Source: Candidatus Bathyarchaeota archaeon
Lineage (GTDB): Archaea; Thermoproteota; Bathyarchaeia; Bathyarchaeales; Bathycorpusculaceae
DNA length: 64,000 nt
Assembly: GCA_963739305.1 (NCBI GenBank)
Contig: CAVTZU010000032.1
Span: 11,149 to 75,148, forward strand
Reading direction: 5' to 3'
A program made the translations under genes and the position numbers. Every line of letters starts with the position of its first letter. Position 1 is the stretch's first letter. The notes under the pieces were generated by a model. It was not told the DNA's origin. It made no database searches and was given only the letters and a program-made list of their open reading frames with translations. Shown here in pieces: positions 19,823-29,572 of this stretch.

Positions 19823-20170
19823 TTATGTTGATTTTAGTGAAACCAATTCGAACTTGTATAAGGTCCCGTACCCTCCAGATTGCTTCATTCGTTCTATCCC
19901 TTCACGAATACCTCCAGTTGTCTTTGCAATCTTAGACCATTCTTCTTTTATTTCGGGGATCAATTTGGACGTGTAAACCTTGAATGTCGCACGATACCAA
20001 CTGTTGGTTTCTATTTCCTCCATTGAAATTCCTTCTGGAACATCCAGAATAAAGGGCATATTCATTTCTGAGTCAAACGCATTGATCTCTCGTTCCTCCT
20101 CAACCTTGTCCAGGACCCGAATTTTCTTAGTGACAGTAGTATTAAGCTTCCATTCTGGTTTCTTGATCAT
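19823..20170 (-). CDS. hypothetical protein
   Basis: 115-aa ORF with protein-like composition and GGAG upstream. Confidence 0.65.
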   Translation of the reverse strand: MIKKPEWKLNTTVTKKIRVLDKVEEEREINAFDSEMNMPFILDVPEGISMEEIETNSWYRATFKVYTSKLIPEIKEEWSKIAKTTGGIREGIERMKQSGGYGTLYKFELVSLKST

Positions 20171-20261
20171 AAATGCGGTCTCCGAATACAGGAAAGCGTG
20201 TTCTTTCGTATTAATCCTTTCACCATAGTTGTAGCCCGCGCTTCATCTCAGCACTCACTCA

Positions 20262-20372
20262 GTGCGCGTGTGCGTTGTATGGGTAGGTATAGGTATAGGT
20301 AGTGGCATTGGCGTAGTGATTGAGAGTTTGAGTGATTGGAGAGCGAGTGACAGTGGCAGTGGTTGGTTGGGT
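20262..20372. repeat. degenerate hexamer low-complexity tract
   Basis: GGTATA GGTATA GGTAGT GGCATT GGCGTA GTGATT GAGAGT... Confidence 0.5.
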
Positions 20373-20465
20373 AAAGTTTTATCCAAGGCACGCTTGCCAG
20401 AATTAATCGGCAATTCATCCGACATTTTAACATTTTCTCAGAAGATGAACGTGCTTCTCTGAGGA

Positions 20466-20738
20466 CTACTGTCTTTTTACAACTTCGAGAACGTTCAGTA
20501 TCGAGTTTATCCATCTCAGGTAAGCGTTCAAGGATGCACGCAATGCCACAGTATCTTCAGCTTCGATAGTAACGACTAGGAAATTGTATTCCCTTTTCAA
20601 AGTTGTTCTTGCACGGTGAGAAGTGGGGGTTTTTGCTTCAGGATTAAGCGAATTGAGGACTATCTGGAGCTGTTCTTCAGTGGCAAATTTCAGTCGCACT
20701 TCTGCCTTTGCTTTCGTTCTTGAGCCTCCAGATTTCAT
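20466..20738 (-). CDS. pcc1: KEOPS complex subunit Pcc1
   Basis: SLNPE...IEAEDTVALRASLNAYLRWI. Confidence 0.9.
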   Translation of the reverse strand: MKSGGSRTKAKAEVRLKFATEEQLQIVLNSLNPEAKTPTSHRARTTLKREYNFLVVTIEAEDTVALRASLNAYLRWINSILNVLEVVKRQ

Positions 20739-20789
20739 AGAAATCAAGGAGGATTCTTCTCTTCAGATGTTTTCAAAAAAAGGAGACGA

Positions 20790-21092
20790 TTAAGCGGTCT
20801 CTTCTGCTGCTTCTTCCTTAACCGCTTCTTCGACTGGTACCCCTTTGGCTGAGCGTTTGGCTATTACTCCAAGCTTTGTGACTGGAGTGTAGGCTCCACC
20901 AGTGTAGGTGAAGTCGCACTTCCGGCATTTCCAAACGCCGACGCTTTCTCTCTTGACCCTTGGAAGGCCACATCGTGGGCATCGGTGTGGCTTCTTCATT
21001 TCTGTCATCACTTTTATGTAGCGTTTTCTTACTGTTGAGCCGTAGCGCGGTCCTAGACCTCGGGCTAGCCCGACTTTCTTCGTTCTCGGCAT
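20790..21092 (-). CDS. rpl37ae: 50S ribosomal protein L37Ae
   Basis: GPRYGSTVRK, CPRC...GVWKCRKC, GGAY. Confidence 0.96.
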   Translation of the reverse strand: MPRTKKVGLARGLGPRYGSTVRKRYIKVMTEMKKPHRCPRCGLPRVKRESVGVWKCRKCDFTYTGGAYTPVTKLGVIAKRSAKGVPVEEAVKEEAAEETA

Positions 21093-21099
21093 CTGGTTT

Positions 21100-21891
21100 T
21101 CACCAATTCAGTTTCTTGCGCAGTTCTTTGGCTTTTTCTTTGGCTATTTTTGCTGCTTCTATTATCTGTTGAGGTTCGAAATATCCGCTGCCGCCTTTTT
21201 GTATCGCGCATATGTTGCCGTCGTCATCGATGGCGAAGGAAATTCTCGCATCCATTACCTGTTCTTCTTCTGCATTCGGGTCTACGAGGAGCTTGTCCCC
21301 GATCTTGGCGGTGGTAATGGTTATTGGATGCTTTCTGATTGGAAGCTGCTCGTAGCCTGGTTTGATTTTGAGTTCGCCATCCTTAATTTCGTAGTTGGCC
21401 ATTTTCGTGTTTACCAGGGCAGACATTGCAGCTAGTGCGGAAGCGTCGATCAGGTTCCCGTCGTGATTAAGCACCCAAAGGTCAATGAAAACGACAAACA
21501 CTTTCTTTCCGGCTTCAATGACTAGTTTCTCGGTGTTGATTGCCTTTGACTCTCTGATCCCCCTGTCAACGATCCTCGCAAGCTCGATTGAGTCCTCGTC
21601 GGGTGGTCCTGCCTCAAAATCCGGTGAGGCAATTGGTGTGAGTTCCGCGTTCACTGTCATGACACCGTCGTTAGGAGTGTCCGGGAACGGTTCTCCAGTT
21701 TCGACTTTGACGCCGACGACTACCTCCGTCTTTCCCAGGAGCACACGTGCCGAGCCTTCTGCTTTTTCAATCAGGCCTTGTTCGATCTTCATTTCGCGAT
21801 AGTCTTTCATGCCTCTTCCGTCGCCTCTCTTTTCGCTAGCAATCAACTGTGCAATCTGTTTCTGCTTGACACGCGTGATTATTGATGCCAT
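21100..21891 (-). CDS. rrp42: exosome complex component Rrp42
   Basis: RGDGR...KAEGSA, PFPDTP, GPPDE, DRGIRES. Confidence 0.96.
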   Translation of the reverse strand: MASIITRVKQKQIAQLIASEKRGDGRGMKDYREMKIEQGLIEKAEGSARVLLGKTEVVVGVKVETGEPFPDTPNDGVMTVNAELTPIASPDFEAGPPDEDSIELARIVDRGIRESKAINTEKLVIEAGKKVFVVFIDLWVLNHDGNLIDASALAAMSALVNTKMANYEIKDGELKIKPGYEQLPIRKHPITITTAKIGDKLLVDPNAEEEQVMDARISFAIDDDGNICAIQKGGSGYFEPQQIIEAAKIAKEKAKELRKKLNW

Positions 21892-22646
21892 TATTCTTCA
21901 GCCTCCTCTTCTTCCGTGTTCTCCTCACTCACATTCACATATTTCGTCTTCAATGCCTCCTTCTGCATGACATAGATTTTCTTGCATCCTTCTAGTGCCA
22001 GATTGACGGTACTTTCGAACTCTTCTTGCGTAAGTGTTCCGTCCATCTGGAGCAGGGTGACTGCATTCAAGTTTGGCATTAGAGCCACTGGAACATCCGC
22101 CGAGCCTAATTTGTCTTCGGTGTCCATGAGGTCAAGTACTATTGTATCGTCCACCTTTCCAGCGGCGCATGCTACGACCAGGTCTCTCATAGGAACACCT
22201 GAATCCGCCAGGGCTAACGCAGCTGCTGTTATGGCTGCGCATCTCGTTCCTCCGTCCGCTTGAAGCACTTCGATGAATACGTCTATCATCGTGCGTGGGT
22301 AATACTCCAGAAACACCGCAGGTTCAAGCGACTCCTTTATCACCTTTGAAAGCTCAATCTCTCTTCTTGATGGCGCGGGTGATTTGCGCTCTTGAACCGA
22401 GAACGGCGCCATGTGGTAGCGGCATTTCAAAACTGCCCGATCCTGAAGTGATAAGTGTTTAGGATGCACTTCTCTTGGACCGTACACGCCTGCCAGAATC
22501 TTGTTTTTGCCGTGTTCAATATAGGCTGAACCATCAGCGTTCGGAATGACGCCTACTTCCAGTTTCAAGGACCTCAGCTCTTCTGGTTTTCGTCCGTCCA
22601 GTCTTAGGCCCTTTTTGTCGATCAATTTTTCAGGTTTATCGTTCAT
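21891..22646 (-). CDS. rrp41: exosome complex exonuclease Rrp41
   Basis: [24 protein letters not shown]. Confidence 0.97.
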   Translation of the reverse strand: MNDKPEKLIDKKGLRLDGRKPEELRSLKLEVGVIPNADGSAYIEHGKNKILAGVYGPREVHPKHLSLQDRAVLKCRYHMAPFSVQERKSPAPSRREIELSKVIKESLEPAVFLEYYPRTMIDVFIEVLQADGGTRCAAITAAALALADSGVPMRDLVVACAAGKVDDTIVLDLMDTEDKLGSADVPVALMPNLNAVTLLQMDGTLTQEEFESTVNLALEGCKKIYVMQKEALKTKYVNVSEENTEEEEAEE

Positions 22647-23350
22647 TTCTTGTTTTCCTCCTTTTTGGATTTTTCTTCTTTAAGCATTTGGGTTATGCGA
22701 TCTGTTAGACCGCTTGTATGAGACTCCTGTTCTATCTTCAAAATGGCTTCCATCGCCAATTGCTCGTCTTCTAGGCTTTTCCCTGTGATGAGGACGACTC
22801 CGTTAAGTCCGAGGATTATGTTGCATCCCGTTTCTTGTTTTATCATTGATATCATTGAGCCTTTTCTTCCTATTACGCGGGGGATTTTTGTTGGTGTTAT
22901 GTTCACTATCTGTCCTCGAGTGATTTTTCCAAGTCCTGGTTCTGCGACTGTGAGCTGAGGGTCATGCGTCCTGTCGTAGGAGACAACTTTTGCAACTATC
23001 AGGTCTCCTGCATCGAGAACCTGAGGCAAATCGTCCTTCTGCGGCTTGAAAGGTCTGCTAAGGACGTCTGAGGCTCTCAACAGGCCGATATATGGTGAGT
23101 TGATGTCGACTGTCCATCCGTTGAATCCGACTTCAGTTATGGTTCCTATGATTATGTCTCCGGTTCTTGGAACGTAAAAGGCTTTGAGTGCGACCACGTC
23201 GATTTTCTTGGTCTCATATTCAACTATTCCGACGCGGGCCGCGTAGATCTTGTCCTTCTCCTTGAACGTGTTTTCTCCGGCGATGTATTCGCCTTCTGCG
23301 ATAAGGTCTCCAGGAGTCACGAGTTGTCTTCTTTCCAGAAGTATTGGCAT
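22643..23350 (-). CDS. rrp4: exosome RNA-binding protein Rrp4
   Basis: VTPGD, S1 domain, KH motif [10 protein letters not shown]. Confidence 0.96.
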   Translation of the reverse strand: MPILLERRQLVTPGDLIAEGEYIAGENTFKEKDKIYAARVGIVEYETKKIDVVALKAFYVPRTGDIIIGTITEVGFNGWTVDINSPYIGLLRASDVLSRPFKPQKDDLPQVLDAGDLIVAKVVSYDRTHDPQLTVAEPGLGKITRGQIVNITPTKIPRVIGRKGSMISMIKQETGCNIILGLNGVVLITGKSLEDEQLAMEAILKIEQESHTSGLTDRITQMLKEEKSKKEENKK

Positions 23351-23380
23351 TTTCTTACACCTTTTCTTTCATAAAACCCT

Positions 23381-24070
23381 TCAATGGGTTATTTTCGCTT
23401 CCCCGGTTCCTTTGGTTATTTCTCCAAGTTTCTCTAGGAACGGGGCATAGGATCCTGCGGGCATTTCTAGAACGCCGTACCATGAACCATCAGCACGCCA
23501 CTCTTCTCGTTTGATCGTTCCAAAACTCTTGATGGATCCGTAAGCTTTAACCGAGTAGGTTGAGGGTATGGTTACGTCAAGCGCTACTTGTTCCATTTTT
23601 AGGGGCAGTATAATTCGTAACGCTTTGATTATTTCCTTTGCCTGCTCCTCGACCGGTTTGAAGGGATCTATCGAGTAGCGAATCTGTTCCATCGCGTTTT
23701 CTATTCGTGTCGGCGGGTGGGGAAGGTTTGTTTTGGGATCGACGCTTTGCCTTGAGATGAAGTCGATGATTTGTTTCCTCTTGTCTTCGGTCATTTTTCT
23801 TCGTTGTTCAGTTGTGAGTTGAAGTGTTCCCTTGGTCAGTATAGCTTCTGCTATTTTCAAGGAGTCTGTCGTTCCGAACGCTTTGCGGAGGTTCTCTTCA
23901 GACGCTCTCGTACCTTTGTTAGCGTCTGAGTAAATGGTTTCTGCTGCAAGAACTTCAGTTATTCCTGATACTTTGCCCATGCGGTAGTCTAAGGCTTTTT
24001 GGGGTTTGACAAGAACTTCGAAGTGTTCGTTGTCTTTGGTCATGCGTGCAACGGTGTACTTATCGCTCAT
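23381..24070 (-). CDS. ribosome assembly factor SBDS
   Basis: [25 protein letters not shown]. Confidence 0.96.
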   Translation of the reverse strand: MSDKYTVARMTKDNEHFEVLVKPQKALDYRMGKVSGITEVLAAETIYSDANKGTRASEENLRKAFGTTDSLKIAEAILTKGTLQLTTEQRRKMTEDKRKQIIDFISRQSVDPKTNLPHPPTRIENAMEQIRYSIDPFKPVEEQAKEIIKALRIILPLKMEQVALDVTIPSTYSVKAYGSIKSFGTIKREEWRADGSWYGVLEMPAGSYAPFLEKLGEITKGTGEAKITH

Positions 24071-24077
24071 CGAGTTG

Positions 24078-24806
24078 TCACTTGCCCACGCCCAGGTCCT
24101 TCATAATGGCTTCGACTTTTTCGTCGCTGAGTATCTCCATTTTCTTCGTGTCTGTCGGTATCACTGCCACTTTGATTCTAGGCGGTAGTTGTCTTGCCTC
24201 TAGAGCCTTCATAAGGCACTTGACGACGAGTTTGGTGGCGTCTTTGAGTCCCATCTCTTCTTTGTACTCTTCTTTGAGTATGTTGAACACTGTTTCTCTT
24301 CCTGCGCCTTCTGCTCTCGCTTTGTATCCTCTGTAGGTGCCGCTTGGGTGGGTTCCGAAAACACGGCTTCCTGTTTTGTCTACTCCCGCGAATATCATGG
24401 ACACTCCGAACGGTCTTACGCCTGCATGTTGGGTGTACAGTTGTTTGATGTCGCAAATTCTTTTGGTTACGACTTCTGTGTCGATCGGTTCGTCATACGT
24501 TAGCTTGTTCGACTGAGCGTGCACTCTTGCCTGGTCTATTAGTATCCGTGCGTCTGAGCTTAACCCCACGATGGCTGCGCCGACGTGTTCGTCTATCCTG
24601 AAGATTTTCCATGAGTACTCTGATTCTTCGAGGGGATCGACGGTTTCCTCTGCGCCAATGAGAACTCCTCCTGAGCAGCGGATTGCTAGGATTGTTGCTC
24701 CGCGATTTACTAGTTCCATCGCGTATTCAACTTGAAAAAGTCGGCCGTCAGGCGAAAAAACAGTTATTGCGCGATCATAAGCGCCTGGTGCTGCAAATAC
24801 GGACAT
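24078..24806 (-). CDS. psmA: proteasome subunit alpha
   Basis: [28 protein letters not shown]. Confidence 0.97.
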   Translation of the reverse strand: MSVFAAPGAYDRAITVFSPDGRLFQVEYAMELVNRGATILAIRCSGGVLIGAEETVDPLEESEYSWKIFRIDEHVGAAIVGLSSDARILIDQARVHAQSNKLTYDEPIDTEVVTKRICDIKQLYTQHAGVRPFGVSMIFAGVDKTGSRVFGTHPSGTYRGYKARAEGAGRETVFNILKEEYKEEMGLKDATKLVVKCLMKALEARQLPPRIKVAVIPTDTKKMEILSDEKVEAIMKDLGVGK

Positions 24807-25012
24807 TCATTCATTCCTCACAGTGTATCCTAATCTTTTGCAGTCTTTCATATGACAACTTGACTAAAAACCTTTCCTATCGTCGTTCTAGACTTTGCTG
24901 TAGGCGACGAGCTGTGTTTTCCGACGAGTGATTTTACTAATTTGAAGAGCATGTGGGCCTTTAGCGCGCGCGGTCAAAGTAGAATGTGTTCAGCGCGCAG
25001 GGAAGGGACAGC

Positions 25013-26239
25013 CTATTCCTTCCATTCCAACAGTCTCCTTTCGCCTTCAATCTTTTTGATGTCCGTCAAGTCCTGAGTGACTTCTAAAGTTCCCAGATAC
25101 TTTTTGTGCTGATCTCTGACCGCAAAGTATCTGATGTGAACCAATCTGCCGCTCATTGTGATCCAGAATTCAGCCGAATCCTTCTTGCCCGACTTGAAAG
25201 CGTCTATGATCTTGGTTACGATGTGAACGCTCTTCTGGGGATGACACAATTGTACCTTCCGGCCGATTACCGCTTTTGTGCGGACGAAGATTCTCTTCTC
25301 TGCTTTGTTGAAGTACTTCACGCTGTCGCTTCTGTCGACGAATGAGATGTCAATCGGAAGTGCGTCTAGAACGCCTTCAACCTCTTCTTTTGAGAGACTC
25401 CCGGTTTCGAACTTCAATGTTTCTCCACCTTCAATGGCCGCTTTGGTTCCTTGTTTTTCGGTTTCCATTTCTACGGTGGCCGCAGGAGGTGTAAAACAGC
25501 AGTATCCGATTTCATCAAATTCTTTTCGTGCCTCTACCCAATCTTCGACAGAGGCAACTTCAAGCGTTGCAGGGAATAGTATGTTGTTTTCTTTGTAGAA
25601 GTGTGTTGGAAGCAAGCTGCACAATGGTTTTGCTGTCTCAGCCAACCTTTTCTTGAATTCTTCGAAAGTCATCGTGTTCCATTTCTCAACTAGGCCCGTA
25701 AATTTCCTCTTAACTTCCCTTATCTGATCGTGTTCCATCCACATTATTGCTGGGGGCTCGGTTATTCCATGTTTTTCTGCTATAGGGAACAGTACATTCT
25801 CTTCCCGCAAATAGTGCTTTTCTGAATCTTGAAAATCCTTCGCGATGTTCTGAAGCTCAGTCATTACGTCTCCAACGTAAACTGAGTCGCATGCTTCTTC
25901 GACTATGCCCACGAATTCTTCGAGTTTCTCGGCGCGTTCAAGCATTATCCTGTGTTCTTCAACGAGGATACTGACAGGGTGTCCATGCGGAAGATGCAGC
26001 TCTTGCTCCTGTAGCTGTTCAGCAAAGATGGCCATGTGAACGTTGCAGAGTTTCTGGAGTTCTTCTCGGGGCATTCCCTCCTTAACGAGTTCCTGTTCAG
26101 CTTTGACTATGTCGTCGGAGGTCACATCCTTGAGAGCATCTTTGAACTTCTCCTTCACTTCTTCTGGCGCGGCGCCGTCAGGCAATTGCTTGATTATTTC
26201 TTTCAGCAGTTTTTTCTTCGCTTCGTCCATTCCGCCCAT
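25013..26239 (-). CDS. DUF438/hemerythrin/PAS domain protein
   Basis: AEQEL...LCNVH, GHPV...EH, HYLREENVLFP, MWMEHD, C-terminal PAS (CHPQKS). Confidence 0.9.
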   Translation of the reverse strand: MGGMDEAKKKLLKEIIKQLPDGAAPEEVKEKFKDALKDVTSDDIVKAEQELVKEGMPREELQKLCNVHMAIFAEQLQEQELHLPHGHPVSILVEEHRIMLERAEKLEEFVGIVEEACDSVYVGDVMTELQNIAKDFQDSEKHYLREENVLFPIAEKHGITEPPAIMWMEHDQIREVKRKFTGLVEKWNTMTFEEFKKRLAETAKPLCSLLPTHFYKENNILFPATLEVASVEDWVEARKEFDEIGYCCFTPPAATVEMETEKQGTKAAIEGGETLKFETGSLSKEEVEGVLDALPIDISFVDRSDSVKYFNKAEKRIFVRTKAVIGRKVQLCHPQKSVHIVTKIIDAFKSGKKDSAEFWITMSGRLVHIRYFAVRDQHKKYLGTLEVTQDLTDIKKIEGERRLLEWKE

Positions 26240-26309
26240 TTTCTGTCGCCTTTTCTTGCAGAACAAACATCTGTCTTGCAACTATTAAAGTAATGGCAAC
26301 CTGAATATT

Positions 26310-27497
26310 CTAACGTGCTTCTTTTATCTTCATTGCAAGAGTTTTTCCAAGACTGGCTATTTTGTCAATGTCGGCTTCTGTTGGGGGTCCGTTGATTTCC
26401 ATGGCTCCAACTATCTCCATTTTCGTCGGCCCCAGAGTTTCCTGAATATGCTTTATCGCTCCTCCACCCCAGCCGTATGAGCTGAGAACGATTGCGAACT
26501 TTGCTGGTGGGCGAAGAGCTTTGGCCAAGTATGCTGCGTACATTGCTAGCGGGTGTGCACCTGCAAGCACGGTCGGCGTGCCCAGGACTATCGCTCGTGC
26601 ATCGACCAGGTCTTTTGCGATGTCGCCTATATCCGCAACGGTGAGGTTGTGTTTGGAGACCTCTATTCCCTCGGAAAGCAGGGTGTCTTCCATCGTTTTC
26701 ATCATTTTTTCCGTGCTGTTCCACATTGTAGCGTAGATCAGTACAGCCTTCTGCATTGTCTCTCCATTTACCCATTTTCTGTAGGCGTTAAGAATGCGTT
26801 CTGGGTTTCGGTAAATTGGTCCGTGACTTGGTGCGATCAATTTGATTTCTAAACTTTTTATTTTTTCCATTGCTTTCTGTCCGCTTGAACTGAACGGCAT
26901 CATTATTTCGCCGTAATATCGTTGGGCAAATACAAGCAAATCCTCAATCTCATCGTCGTACAATCCCTGCGCAACGTGTGCTCCAAAAAAGTCGCATGGA
27001 AATAATATCTTCTCTTCTACCAAGTACGTGAACATCGTTTCGGGCCAGTGAAGCATAGGCGCTTCAATGAATTTCAACGTTTTACCGCCAAGCTCGAGCG
27101 TTTCTCCGTCTGTCACTATTTTTATCCGGTCTTCGGGTACGTTGAAGAATCTTTGAGCCATTTTTGCCCCGCGGCTTGTGGTGACAAGTTTAGTCTTGCC
27201 ATTAATTGCCATTATATGTGGGATCGAGCCTGCGTGATCAGGCTCAGCATGGTTCATTATTACATAGTCAACGTCTGCAGGATCCAGGACTCTGCTGATT
27301 TTCCCTTCCCATTCCTTTTCAAAGCCTGGGTTTGCCGTATCAACCAAGGCCTTTTTCTCGGATCCAACTATCAAGTATGAGTTGTAGGTCGTTCCTCTGG
27401 GGAGTGGAATTAGCGCGTCGAAGAGTCGTCTGTTCCAATCCCTGATTCCTACCCAGTAGACGTCTTTGGAGATTTCTGCAATGTTTCTCCAATTCAT
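26310..27497 (-). CDS. fprA: flavodiiron protein (FprA/NorV family)
   Basis: GTTYNSY, NHAEPDH, HWPE, PSHG, flavodoxin SSYGW. Confidence 0.94.
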   Translation of the reverse strand: MNWRNIAEISKDVYWVGIRDWNRRLFDALIPLPRGTTYNSYLIVGSEKKALVDTANPGFEKEWEGKISRVLDPADVDYVIMNHAEPDHAGSIPHIMAINGKTKLVTTSRGAKMAQRFFNVPEDRIKIVTDGETLELGGKTLKFIEAPMLHWPETMFTYLVEEKILFPCDFFGAHVAQGLYDDEIEDLLVFAQRYYGEIMMPFSSSGQKAMEKIKSLEIKLIAPSHGPIYRNPERILNAYRKWVNGETMQKAVLIYATMWNSTEKMMKTMEDTLLSEGIEVSKHNLTVADIGDIAKDLVDARAIVLGTPTVLAGAHPLAMYAAYLAKALRPPAKFAIVLSSYGWGGGAIKHIQETLGPTKMEIVGAMEINGPPTEADIDKIASLGKTLAMKIKEAR

Positions 27498-27576
27498 TTT
27501 TCCACCTTCAAGGATATGACGATTGTAATAAAGTATATTTATGCCTTTCTGCCACTACTATGCAGGACGCGTGTCA

Positions 27577-27975
27577 ATGTCTGTTCCATGCGAGGTTGTG
27601 GTTAAGTGCGTTTTGCCAGTTGTGCGGGCGATGGTCGCTCGGGAGCTTATGGGCGCTCATGGCTTTCGACAGGTGGAAGCGGCTAGAGTTCTTGGCGTGA
27701 GTCAGCCCGCAATAAGCCTGTACAGCAGGAATATCAGGGGAAAAGCGATCGATCTGGCGAATGATTGTGACATACCTGTTCTCATTGCTAGCATGGCTAG
27801 GTCGCTAGCTGACGGTAGTACTTCGCGGCGTGATGTTGTTCTGATGTATTGTGAGATTTGTAGGGTCATCAGGGCAAAAGGGTTGATGTGTGAACTGCAT
27901 AAGGCATGCGACTCATCCGTCGAGGTTGAGAAGTGCAGACTTTGTTTGGAGACCGGGCACGGAGAGTGTCCATAG
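27577..27975 (+). CDS. HTH transcriptional regulator with Cys/His-rich C-terminus
   Basis: PCE, QVEAARVLGVSQPAISLY HTH, CEIC...CELH...CRLC. Confidence 0.85.
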   Translation: MSVPCEVVVKCVLPVVRAMVARELMGAHGFRQVEAARVLGVSQPAISLYSRNIRGKAIDLANDCDIPVLIASMARSLADGSTSRRDVVLMYCEICRVIRAKGLMCELHKACDSSVEVEKCRLCLETGHGECP

Positions 27976-28012
27976 CTTCTGGCAACTCAATCTGCTATCA
28001 AGTTAAAATATT

Positions 28013-28394
28013 CTAGCCTTGGAAAAGCTCAATCCAAATTCCATCTGGGTCTTCGACATAGGCCCAGCAGCCACCCTTGGTTTTTATCTCCTTGATGATC
28101 CGACAGCCTGTCAGTTTGGCCTCTTTCAGGGCGTTGTTGAGGTTCTCAACTTTGAACGCTAGATGATCTAACCCTTCTCCAACGCTATACTTTTTCGCGT
28201 AGGGACTGCCTGGTTGATAGTAGTTCAATTCAAGTATGAATCCATTCTTTTCGCTTTGCAGACCCACAGTTTCTCCTTTTGTTTCCTTGATCTTTCCTCT
28301 TCCCAGCATAGTCATGCCCAACACTCTGGTGTAGAAATCGACTGACTTCTCAAGATTCGTTACTCTGATCCCGACATAGGCAAACTTCTCTCAT
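28013..28394 (-). CDS. VOC/glyoxalase family protein (frameshift just after the start codon)
   Basis: YVGIRVTNLEKSVDFYTRVLGM, LELNY, DHLAFKV, DPDGIWIEL; ATG 28394 is one base out of frame. Confidence 0.85.
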
Positions 28395-28482
28395 GATTAT
28401 CAGGCCACTCTATTATTAGACGTGAATAAATGGCTGTCCTTGGGCGCGCGTGAATTTGAATTGGATTTCGCGAAGAATCGAC

Positions 28483-29046
28483 TCAGCTCGGAATGATTTC
28501 CTGTGCAACAGAGTTGTAGATGCGAAAGTCGCGTTCACTAAACAGGTAAAAAATCACCGCATCAATATTGTCTAGTGTTTCCAGAAATGTCTTTGTGGAT
28601 TCTAACGCAATTCGACTTGCTTTCTCAATAGGATATCCGTAGGCGCCGGTGCTGATAGATGGAAAAGCAACTGTTTTCAGCTTATTTGTAACAGCCAATT
28701 GTAAAGAGTTGGCATAAGCATTTGCCAAAAGCTCCGGTTCGCCTCGTGATCCTCCTTGCCAAACGGGTCCCACCGTGTGTATGACGTGTCTAGCTTTCAA
28801 GTTACCTGCGGACGTGATTACGGCTTTTCCCGTTGGTAACCCGTCTGGCCATATCGATTTTCTGATCTGTGTGCACTCCTCGATAATCGTTGGGCCGCCC
28901 TTGCGATGTATGGCTCCATCCACACCGCCGCCTCCCATAAGTGATTGGTTAGCAGCGTTAACTATGGCGTCGACACAGGCCTCTGTGATGTCTCCACGGA
29001 CCAGGCGGATTTTCGCTTTGCCTACCTTGAATTCTTGAGGCATCAC
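28483..29046 (-). CDS. macro domain protein (O-acetyl-ADP-ribose deacetylase)
   Basis: GDIT, IVNAAN, GGGGVDGAIH, HTVGP, PSISTGAYG. Confidence 0.94.
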   Translation of the reverse strand: MMPQEFKVGKAKIRLVRGDITEACVDAIVNAANQSLMGGGGVDGAIHRKGGPTIIEECTQIRKSIWPDGLPTGKAVITSAGNLKARHVIHTVGPVWQGGSRGEPELLANAYANSLQLAVTNKLKTVAFPSISTGAYGYPIEKASRIALESTKTFLETLDNIDAVIFYLFSERDFRIYNSVAQEIIPS

Positions 29047-29053
29047 AGTCGTT

Positions 29054-29572
29054 TCATCCAGACATGAATCGTTTCTGCAGCTCTACTACTTCTCCGCTGT
29101 CTTTTGCCTTTCTGTATTTTTCAAGTCTTTCGCGATTGAGTTCAAGAAAAGTGTGTCCCCATTTGAACACGGATAAGAGTTCGGAAGCTTGGCTTTCATA
29201 CCCAACCATGTACAGAGCTGCGGCTAAGGCTTCAACGGTCGAGAGTTTGGTTGCCTTTCCAAAGTTAACAGGGTTGCCTGCGACGAGAAACGGTAGAGCT
29301 CGAGAGGTTCCTTTCACCTGCTTCAAGAGCACTTTTTCAGCGTGTTCCCAACTGCAGTCCAAACCTGCGAGCCCAAATTGCTCTACGCGGTCCCTGTCTG
29401 CGGGAGAAAAGGCCACCTCAGAGAAAGGGTTGAGAACTATCGCTCTTTTGGGCAAGAACTTTGTCTGTGACACTTCCCGCACGAGTCCAAAACGTCTAAG
29501 CTTAGATGCTGAGCATTTCCGAGGATCACATTGCTTTGCATTGTAAACGACGATATTAACTCGTTTTTCCAC
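29054..29572 (-). CDS. tsr3: 16S rRNA aminocarboxypropyltransferase Tsr3 (DUF367)
   Basis: QCDPRKCS, LDCSW, RALPFLVAGNPVNFG, LSTVEA, FKWG. Confidence 0.93.
   Translation of the reverse strand: MEKRVNIVVYNAKQCDPRKCSASKLRRFGLVREVSQTKFLPKRAIVLNPFSEVAFSPADRDRVEQFGLAGLDCSWEHAEKVLLKQVKGTSRALPFLVAGNPVNFGKATKLSTVEALAAALYMVGYESQASELLSVFKWGHTFLELNRERLEKYRKAKDSGEVVELQKRFMSG

Noticed and set aside
20248-20514. ORFs across the hexamer tract (HCHCH/YLYLY or GIGIG peptides)
   Set aside because: Open frames are explained by low-complexity DNA; no clear start signals
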